From Lama glama (taxonomy: Eukaryota): a stretch of DNA of 64,000 bases. The stretch's first letter is position 1. Each line of letters begins with the position of its first letter. Made by a program: the position numbers and the translations under genes. The notes under the pieces were generated by a model. It did no database searches and was not told where the DNA came from. It was given only the letters and a program-made list of their open reading frames with translations. The stretch lies in the NCBI GenBank assembly GCA_028534125.1, contig CM052818.1, positions 32,304,001-32,368,000 on the forward strand. The letters run 5' to 3'. Positions 54,886-64,000 of this stretch are shown in pieces.

Positions 54886-56204
54886 AAATGTAAAAAGGGA
54901 GGGGCTACCAGCTGGCTGGCTAGTAGTCATGCTGCCTGGTCAGTGTGTCCTCTACCAGACAGAAGCCAGCCAGAAAACCAGATTCTAGCAGAGAGGAGAT
55001 ACCAGGGCTTCAGAGGAATGATCAGGGTCCTTCTCTTCAGGCAGGATGAGAAGCCTCACTCTTAGAATGTTCCAGAAGGTTCTAGAAGGTGTACTGGACT
55101 GGCAACTGGGAAATTATGATTCTAGTCCTTCTCTATCCCTTACAACATATCTGACCTTGAATCAGCTTCCTCATCTGTTAAGTGAAGGTGGACAGTAACA
55201 TGTCATAAGGTTGTTGTCAAGATCAAATGAAATAATTTATGTTCTTGAGCTTCAGAAAATGAAGAGTGCCGTGTAAATGAAGGTCTTTATTATTCTGACT
55301 CACTGTTCTTCAAGGGAGGCAAGTGAGGTCAGGGAAGCAGGTATAGACCAAGTCTGACCATCAGGGCAGAAATTAGGAGTGAAATTATCCCACTGATTGT
55401 GACAGAAGCCCAGAAAATGTGTTGCAAAATGAATGACCAGCTCTTGGGGACTGCCTGGCCAGGTCAGCTTCCTCTGATCTTTCATCTCCTCCTAGTTCAG
55501 AGACTGACAGATGGATGCAGGAATTGCTTCCTTGTTCAGTGAGTGAAATGGATGCGGTGAATAGTTTAGAGTTTGCCCCTGAGCCAGTAAAGCCAAGCTC
55601 CTCTGCACTGTGTTGTGCCTGGAACACATTCAGTCTGGCATAAGACAGGACATAAAATGTATTGGAGTTTAGTTGATTTGTTAATTTAGCTGTCAAAGGA
55701 AATCAGATGTCAAGATTCACTGCAGTGCAAAGTAGCAATTTGTGCCTCTGTCAGAAGTGCAGGTCTAAACCATGATTTAGAAGCTTTGCCAGAGCACCAT
55801 GGATGTCTCAGAGATGCAGTAGCCCTGAGACGTGCCAGCAGCTTGGTGGTGCAGCCGTGGGTAAGGTCTGTCTTCCCACCCCTACCTCCTGCAGAGCTCA
55901 CTGTGCCAGCAGGAGGTTCTCTGGCACCAGTCAGGGTGTAGATGAGATGTGGATTCCTGAAAATAAAGCTGGGACTCCATTCAAATAGTACCTTCCCATA
56001 CATCATTTTCCCTCTAAAAATGCATGGAATCCCTGCCCTGCCTGCCTCCTGGAGTGATTGTGAGAAACTAATGAGATAATGAATGTGAAAGTGTTTGAAG
56101 AGTTTCATGAATAGAAACGCAGGGGGAATTGATCTCCTTAGTATGTAAGCAGTGGTCTAGGAAGAGAGGAAGAACTGACTCTCTCTTCTCTTAGAGTAAC
56201 TTTA

Positions 56205-56850
56205 CTTCCTTTTTTCTGATTGTAGAAGTTATATATGCCCATTATAGATCACATAAATTCAGAAGAAAACTCAAAGCATTCAAAATCCTCCAGCTCAGAA
56301 GTAATTTTGATGAACAATTTGATATATCCCTTCTAGTTTTTCTTTTTGTGTGTATAAATGGATTTTGCCATGCTGTTCCAACAATCTTAGATACAGGTGG
56401 ATTTTATCTTTTTTTTTTAGTTAATTTGAAACATGAAAGTGTTCTCATGTTAGTAAGAGTTCTTTAGAAACATCTTTTTGTGTGACACAGGTGTGCCATT
56501 ATTACCATTTCCCTATCGTTGAATTTCTTGTCTTCTTTCTTTTCTTTTCCTATCTTTTCTTTTCTTTCTTTCTTATTTTACTTTTATGGTATTATAATCT
56601 GCCATGAATGTCTTTGGGTCTAAATGTCTGTATAACTCTCTGTTTCCCCAAGGCCCTTTCCTAGAAAGGGAACTTTGGGGTCTAAGAGTCTGAACAGAGT
56701 TTTTAAGGTTCTTGCAACCTATTCCCAAATATTTCTGGAAAAGATCTATCAATTCTCATTTTCACCAGCAGTGTGTAAGTCCCTCACTCACTATATTCTT
56801 GCTAGTAATGAATATTATTTTAAAATCTTTGCTAATTTGATGCAGCTCAA
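56205..56850 (-). mobile_element. Highly diverged L1ME-like fragment
   Basis: ttcctagaaagggaactttggggtctaagag...ttttcaccagcagtgtgtaagt...aaaatctttgctaatttgat. Confidence 0.55.
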
Positions 56851-57590
56851 CTTTTTAAAATCTAACCCTCAGTTGACTTTTGTGCTTCAAAGATAGCACT
56901 GGGAGAAATGATTAAATGAACATGCTATTGTATTGACTCTACAGATGCAGATGAAGACATTGTTAACTGTAGCATTTAACTGTAACCTACAAAACAATTT
57001 CTCTTAGAGCTCAATGGCAGAAGAAAGCATTCACCTAATAACACTTTGAACCTGATAATTGATCCTGTTTCCCTTTTTGCTTTGGCTCCTAGGAAGCACA
57101 GAAAGGTACTTTAGCCAAATTTTAGTTATCATGTAGAAATCTTATGGCACATTTATACTAAAATATTACCCTTAGATCACCCTAACTTATTTATTTATAT
57201 ACTTTTATTATATGTAATTGCAGATCACCTCAAATCCTTTTTTGAACAAAACAGAAATAGTAAGTTTTTTATCTGTTATCTTTAAAGACTTGAGCTCGTT
57301 TATTCTCACTGAAGAGAGTAACATTGCTTTCAGTAAAGTGTACTTTATAAGAAGCTCTTCTGGCTTCTTTTTCCAACTTGTCCCAACCCCCTCAGCTCAT
57401 ACCTGGGGTCACCCAGGCAACCTGCTCTTCACTGAGCATGCTGTTTTCTTCCTGGGACTCCCTTGTCCCCTCTCCTTGTTTGGTAAACTCCTGCCCATTC
57501 TTGGAGCACAACTCATGTGTCACCTCTTCTCTAGACCCTTCCCTTTCCCCTAGTCAAACACCTCTCCTGTGTGTGCCTATCATTTATACA

Positions 57591-58263
57591 TTCCAGTTAT
57601 CAATTTCTGAGTAGCAAATACTCCAGAGTACAGCTGTTTAAAACAGCAATTATATCTCACGATTTTGTGGGACAAGAATTCAAGCAGGACTCAACTAGGT
57701 GATTGATAGAGGTCACGCAGTAGTATTTCAGCTGGCAGATCAGCTGGTATGCAGGGTCCGGGATAGTTTTGCTGCATGTCTGCTGCATTGGCAAAGATAG
57801 CCAGGAGGCTGGACTCAGCTGGGATTGTCCCCCAAGTGCCTACAGATGACCTCTCCAGCATGGTAGCCTTGGAGGTGTCAGTCTTCTTACATAGAAGCTC
57901 CAGGCTCCAAGGCCAGATGTATCTATGCACAAAGTGGGAGTTGCATGGCTTTTTATGATCTAATCTCAAAGGTTACATGGTCAGGGAGTGTATAGCTCAA
58001 GTGGTAGAGTGCATGTGCACGAAGCCCTGGGTTCAATCCCCAGTACCTCCATTAAAAAAAATTAAGTAAGTAAAAGCTAATTACACTCCCCGCCGAAAGA
58101 GTCCCCCAAAAAGTTACATGGTGGCTTCTGCCATATGCTATTAGTCCAAACAGTTACAAGCCTGCCCGGATTCAAGAGGAAGACACAGAAATCCTCACCT
58201 CCCAAAAGTCCTCTCTCAAGAGGATTGTTAAAGAATCTACAGATTAGTTTTAAAACTATCACA
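57591..58263 (-). mobile_element. ERVL-MaLR solo LTR (MLT1G/H-like), split by a SINE
   Basis: Runs from ccagttatcaatttctgagtagcaaatac through ggctggactcagctggg and cttctgccatatgctattagtc to aaaactatcaca. Perfect 5-bp TSD, ATACA (57586-57590 and 58264-58268). About 532 bp after removing the insert. Confidence 0.8.
57982..58108 (+). mobile_element. tRNA-Ala-derived SINE (camelid Vic-1-like)
   Basis: gggagtgtatagctcaagtggtagag...gggttcaatccccagtacctcca, then an A-rich spacer and ctaattacactcccc tail. A box at 57993-58004, B box at 58030-58039. TSD aaa(g/a)gttacatggt at 57968-57981 and 58109-58122. Confidence 0.88.
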
Positions 58264-59552
58264 ATACACGCTTATTTTAGCACTTATCAGATGATGATGG
58301 TGATAATGATTGTGACGATGATTTGTCCACATATTTGCCCCAACATACAGGATGGCTTCAAGAGTGTGGACTATGTTTTCTTCATCATCTACCATTTATT
58401 GAACACCTACTATGTACCAGGCACTGACATTTACCTGTAGCTTTTCTAAACCTTGAAAGAACCCTGAAAGATAGATGCTGAAGCTCAAGGCAGTCAAGTA
58501 CTTTGTACAAGACCAAGTGGTGAAGTCAGAATTCAGATTTGGTCCGTCTGTCTCCAAAACCGATTATCCTTGCTTAGCCTCTGTGCATGCTTGGCAATTA
58601 GACAGACCAGTGGAGATTCAGGACAACCACACAATTAAAAAACTTTCCATGGGTCATCCTCATACTCCCAGGAGTTCCCTAGCAGAATCACTTTCCCCTT
58701 TGGACCCTTCTGAACTGAGAGAGGACATGTGTCTGTGCCCCTGCAGCTTGGCAGGTCTGCCCAAGCCCTGTAGGCATGAACCGTCCTGTAGGTGTCCTCA
58801 CAGATCTGCTCCATCAAATCTTGTCTCTCTTCTCAAATATTTTCTCTAAAAGAAATTGTAAACTCTGCTCAGTAGCACTTCACTCTCAAGCATATAGTGC
58901 CTGTCAGAAACTCCCCTGGGTGTTCGAGAAATGCTCATAAAAGTGGAAGTGGAGCCCCGTGTGCCTGGGGACCTGCTGGGCTGGAAGCAGCCCTCTGCAT
59001 GACGTGCCCCACATCTAACAGCAAGAGTGGAGGCTGAGAGGACTCTAGCTGAGCTGAGAGTCTCCCCATAGGCTTTCCAAATTGTCACTCACATTTATCA
59101 CCATTACCAGGCCGGCTGCTCCCTTCAACCTACCCTGCATCTTCCTACTACACGTGGGAGTCTTCTCCACTCTTCCCTGTTTTGGGCTGAGACCTTGCCC
59201 CATGGCAGTGGGGAGGGAGCCTCTTACAGCTCACTTGGTCCAACCCCATCACTTCCTAGATAAGCAGACTGAGGCCGAAAGGGCCTGGTCCCACATCACT
59301 CGGCTAGTACATGGCTGCATCCACTGCCTCAAACGCCAGTATATTTCAGTGGAAGCCAAACAGAAGAGGGATTTAAAAGAAGAGGAAAGAAGAACCTGAA
59401 CTCCTCGGAGAGCCACTGCAACGGCTTTTCTCATTAGGCTGTATTGATGTCTTCTTGCCCTGCCATCTTAATTAGGACTTATTTTCAAGGCCAGCATAAT
59501 CAATAGGCTGATAATCATAATTAGGAAGTCTGGCAAAATCATCTTCTTGGAG

Positions 59553-60243
59553 TTTTTTTTAATTGTGGTGAAATACATATAACATAAAACCATTTTAATG
59601 TACACAGTTCAGTCATGTTAGAAAACATTCATGTTGTGCAACCAATGACCAGAACCTTTTCACCTTGCAAAACTGAAACTCTGTTGAAACAGCAATTCCT
59701 CATCCTCCCCTCCCCCATTCCCTGGAAACCAGCATTCCACTATTAATGCGATTTGAATTTCTATGAATTCGGCTACTCTAGGTACTTCATATAAGTGGAA
59801 TCATACAGTATATCTTTTTTGTGACTGGCTTGTTTCACTTAGCATAATGTCCACATGTTGCAGCATGTGTCATAACTTCTTTCCTTTTTAAGGTTGAATA
59901 ATATTTTATTGTATGTATAGACCACACTTTGTTTATCCCTTCATCTGTTGATGGAAACGTGGGTTGCTTCCACCTTTTGGCTATTGTGAATAATGCTGGA
60001 GTGAACATGGGTATACAAATATCTTTTCCAAACCTTGCTTTCAGTTATTTTGGACATATACCCATAAGTGAATATCTGAATCTTGTGGTAATTATATCTT
60101 TAATTTTTTGAGGAACCACCATACTGTTTTCCATAATGAATGCATCATTTTACATTCCCATCAACAGTGTACAGGGTTCCAGTTTCTTCTCCACATCTTA
60201 TCAACACTTGCTATTTTCCATTTTTCTAATAGTAACCATTCTA
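59553..60243 (-). mobile_element. L1MB-like 3' UTR
   Basis: Poly-T, then aattgtggtgaaatacatataacataaa...cttgcaaaactgaaactctg...ggaaccaccatactgttttcca...cattcccatcaacagtgtacaggg. Confidence 0.9.
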
Positions 60244-61139
60244 AATCACTCATCATCTTACATATTTCAGTCATGTTCATTCAGACTCAAGTGAAAGCTA
60301 ATACACACAAAAATGGCTGGAACATAGTAGGTACCCATTGAATAGTATTTCTTCTTGTTATTTTTTATCCTTCTTCTCTGCCTATCTTCCAGCTTTCCTT
60401 ATTCCCTGGATTCCTCCCAGTTTTGTGGTTCTGAGAAGGTCGGACGCCAGCATGAGGGTCTTAGAAAAGAACTAACGACTGAAAATGTAAAGAGATTCTT
60501 GACTCGTAGCCAAAGCAAGTGACCTTGATCTTTTCACAGGAGACTCTACCCCCTCTCCAGATTTCTTTGCCTATCAAACTGAATAACATGGAAGCTCTCA
60601 CTTTTTCTCCAAGGAAACCCTAATTCATCTCGACTCTGACTGGAAGTGGCCCTTCCACTGAACACTGATAGCTTGGGGCCTGGTACCAGCTTCCCTCATA
60701 GTTTTGAGCCTGGAATGGAAAGTACTTTCTGACAGCCTCTCAGCCTCTCACCAGTGGTTTACAGAGTACTTTTCCATAACTGCCTGCTTTGACCCCAGCA
60801 GCCTCTGACAGAGATGGGATTTGTCCCACCCAGGAGATAAACTCTGAATTCTGATATTCAAGCCCCATCTTGTTCCCCTGTGCCTGGACCCTGTCTTAGC
60901 ACCTACCTGATACATCACTCCCCTAAAAATATTTTACCAGCATTGGAGGGACTAGAATCCAGTCCGGAACCCCAGGCAGCCTCGCTCTTCTCCCCTCAAG
61001 GGTTCCTGAGACTGCTGGGGCCTCTATCTCCAGCCTGCTGCTTGCATTCTCCCTCTGGTGCTCCCCTGGCCTGCAGTCCTCCATCCTCCCTCTGGTTACT
61101 CCTGGGGCTTCTAACATGGCCTTTTCCACCTGGTGGATC

Positions 61140-61370
61140 TAGCATGTTGATTAAGAGCATGGGCTTCAGAATCAGGTAGATGTAAAATCCTGCCTTTATA
61201 ACCTTGGGAATGTATTTATAAATCCTTGGGTCCCAGTTTCCTTCTCAGTAAAATGGGGATAATAACTACTTCACAGAGTTGCAGTAAGGTCTAAATAAAA
61301 TAATGAATATAAAGCCTTTAATATGGTCCCTAGAAGACGATAAGCGGGGAGGGCGGTAGTTATTCTTATC
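61140..61370 (+). mobile_element. MIR SINE
   Basis: ttaagagcatgggcttcagaatcag...cagtttccttctcagtaaaatggggataataac. Confidence 0.8.
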
Positions 61371-62189
61371 GTGGTTGATGTGTGCATCAGCTCCCAATGG
61401 CTGTCTTAACACTTCCTCAAGCAGCCATCCCTTCCACCATGGCTTCCATGGAGGGAATGCAGGCAAGATGACCTCCCATCTGTCTTCAGGAAGCTGAATC
61501 TACCTAACTCCCTTCGGTGGAGGTGCCTTGTGAGGCCACTCCCCATAATGAGCTCTTCTGTCTCTACTCCTGCGGTCTGAGTGATTCCTACTCGCGTTTG
61601 CTCTCCTTTCCAAGCAGCCTTCTCCACTGCACAATCTGCATATTCCTCCAGTGGTCTCAGTTGTAGCTGTAATTTGTTTGTGATTAGCATTAATTCTCCA
61701 AGGTGTGATTGAGATTGTTCATTGTTTACTGAACAAACAAGAGGAGAAAATGACATAGTATATGGGAAGCTGTGGTGCATTATGGTTAAATGTCACTGCT
61801 TTTCAGGAAGATTAATGGTAAATGTGCACAGAGGTCATTTATAACATTAAAAATAAAATTATTGCTGTGTCTTTTCAGCAAAGCAATGAAGATAAATGTC
61901 GCATAGAGAAACCTTGGGGAAAAGACGATGCAACAAAATCAAGGGGTATTGAGTCTACAAAAGAGATAAGAAATTTTTTAATTTCTTCTGAGAGCTCAAC
62001 CGCGAAAATGCAAAACTCACTGCTATCCTGCTGATGGCCTACGAGAGTCCTTGTGGTTCTTCTTGAGTTTATATGGAGATTAACTTTGTCTGAGGAGCTG
62101 GGATTTTGAAACAAGCCCTCAGTGGCTCTGCCATGTCAGCTGGCAGCCATAGTTTCATCCTAGCACCATCCTGGATGTCCCCTCTCTCT

Positions 62190-62760
62190 CAGCTTCACTT
62201 TAGGCCATCAGCTTGTCCTGTCAAGGTCACTTCCAACATGAAACTCATATCACTCACCTCCCTCCGACTCCACTGTCACTAGGCTCAGGCAGGTTGCCTT
62301 CATCACTTGCTGGGCCGCTTGCAATGACCTACAAACTGGGTTTCCCAGTTCTATCGCCCCTCTAGTCCATTTTTCCTAAATCACTTAGAATGATCTTTTT
62401 AAAAGTGAATCAAGTTATCTTCAGTCTCTTGTCTAAACTCCTTAAACAAAATCTACATCCCTTCCCACAGCCTACAAGATCCTGCCTGATTGGGCCTCTG
62501 CCTCTCTCCCTCCCCAGCCACTCTTCATGCCCCTCCTGACCCTCTGTGACCCTCCTGAGCCACACTGGTCTTTGCTCTGTTTCTAGATCATTAGCATCCT
62601 TTCCCACCCCGGCAATGCAGTTCCTGCTCCTCCGCAGCCTTTTCACATGGCTGACTTCTCTTATTCTTCAGTATCAGCTCAAATATCGCCTCTCTGGAGA
62701 GGCTCATGTGGCCACCTATCAAATTAGGTCACCTGTGTTACCCTCTGTTCACCACTCTAA
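62190..62760 (+). mobile_element. LINE-2 fragment
   Basis: gcctacaagatcctgcctgattgggcctctgcc...gccacactggtc...tcagctcaaatatcgcctc. Confidence 0.7.
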
Positions 62761-62949
62761 CCCCAGGCTCTTAGTAGAAGCTTTAAACATAGTTGTTCAA
62801 TAGTCCAAAGATTGAATGGGATTTGTCAGGGTGGTGGTGATGTGTTGTGTGTGGAATTTCTACAGTGTAACCTAAAGTAATTAGCAGTTTCCAGAATCCA
62901 TAGACATTCTTCCTCACCCCATTCTTTTACTTAAACTTGGTGATCTATT

Positions 62950-63420
62950 TTCGCACTCCTTCAACATCCATTCATTAGCACTTGCTATGTACCAGGCACT
63001 CTCCAGGAAATAAAATAAGTAAAGCAGACCCCCTGCCTCAAAGAATTTAAAATTTAGTGGGAGAAGCCAGCAGTGCAGACATAATTGCCCGATGAGGGAG
63101 ATGAGTACACAGTTAAAGGTGTACAGTGATCTCCAGAGCACCCCAGAGGGAGGCACACATCTTTCGTCAAGAAAGAAGAACAAGCACTCGGGGAAAGAGA
63201 CATCTGAGTTGGGAGGAATTGCTCAGATGAAGAAGATGATTCTAGACAACGCAGTCGAGTTACACAAAGGCGTAGCTGTGACTGCAGTCAAGAAACTGCA
63301 AGTCATGGTCTTTAGCTAAAGATGCACAGGAACACAGGGATGCTGGGAAAGTGGGCAGTGCCAGGCGTGCAAATTTGGACATGCTATGGAAACTAGCAAA
63401 GGTTTAGGATTAGGACCCAA
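62950..63420 (-). mobile_element. LINE-2 fragment
   Basis: ttcaacatccattcattagcacttgctatgtaccaggcac...cccctgcctcaaagaattta. Confidence 0.6.
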
Positions 63421-63719
63421 AGGGAGCTGAGGTCAGAAGGCTAATTCTGGTGGTGGGGTGACTTCACAGACAAATAATCTTGATAATTCATCATTGCAAT
63501 TACCCTCACAGCTATTATTTGTGTTGTAAATTACTATTGGGTTTGTTCCTGCGACTGTTTTGCTGAAAGGTCTGGCCCTGTCGATTTTCACCTCTACTAC
63601 GAGATGTGAGGGCTCCCCTAAATTTGGCCTGTCCAACCCCGCCATTGACCGCTTCCCACCCACCCTCCACAGCCAATTCTCCCAAACTCCTTGGAATATT
63701 CTCTGAAGTTAGCTCAGAA

Positions 63720-63890
63720 GAACCCCACATATAGTTTTATGTAGAAAATGTCATTTGATCCTCACAAAAATCCTGTAAATTAGATAGCATCCCTGATTTA
63801 CAGAAGAGAAAAGCCTGTGAACTGTGTCAGAGTTCACATCGCCAGCAAGTAGAAGAGCAGACTGGAACCTAGGATTATTTACCCTGCACC
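63720..63890 (-). mobile_element. MIR SINE
   Basis: tcatttgatcctcacaaaaatcctgtaaa...tttacagaagagaaa...gcaagtagaagagc. Confidence 0.65.
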
Positions 63891-64000
63891 TTAGTGAGGG
63901 TCTCTCAACACAAACCGAACAGAGTGGTGCCTTGGGCCTGCTGGAGTAGTAAGAGGAATGGAATCGAGGCAGGAGGGGAACTCTGAGAATCCTGGACTAA

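Noticed and set aside
55793..55803. Partial REST/RE1-like AGCACCATGGA
   Set aside because: Lacks the TTC 5' end and the CAGCGCC half-site.
57984..58051. Functional tRNA-Ala gene
   Set aside because: The anticodon loop is missing, there is no T-run terminator, and it has a SINE tail and TSD.

Overview
This is mammalian genomic DNA from inside the ALK (anaplastic lymphoma kinase) gene, transcribed on the + strand. The only coding sequence I can support is one 128-bp internal exon at 19609-19736 (ag|TTGG...GAAG|gt). It encodes [42 protein letters not shown], which I recognise from memory as ALK exon 5, the C-terminal end of the first MAM domain. The rest is the flanking giant introns; I did not see exons 4 or 6. 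The introns hold ancient eutherian repeats: many MIR and L2 fragments, an L3/CR1 remnant, L1M 3' ends, two MLT1 solo LTRs with intact 5-bp target-site duplications (TSDs), MER5A, MER63, MER103C, MADE2 and several (CA)n tracts. The only young lineage-specific element I found is a tRNA-Ala-derived SINE resembling camelid Vic-1, which points to a camel, alpaca or llama genome (inference). I found no convincing novel biological system. The best oddities are an exact 47-bp non-tandem duplication (50206-50252 and 50927-50973), the anticodon-loop-deleted SINE nested in an LTR, a CpG- and motif-rich candidate enhancer near 40 kb, and an open frame upstream of the exon plus an immediate stop after its donor. 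Repeat family names come from remembered consensus sequences, and most repeat boundaries are approximate.
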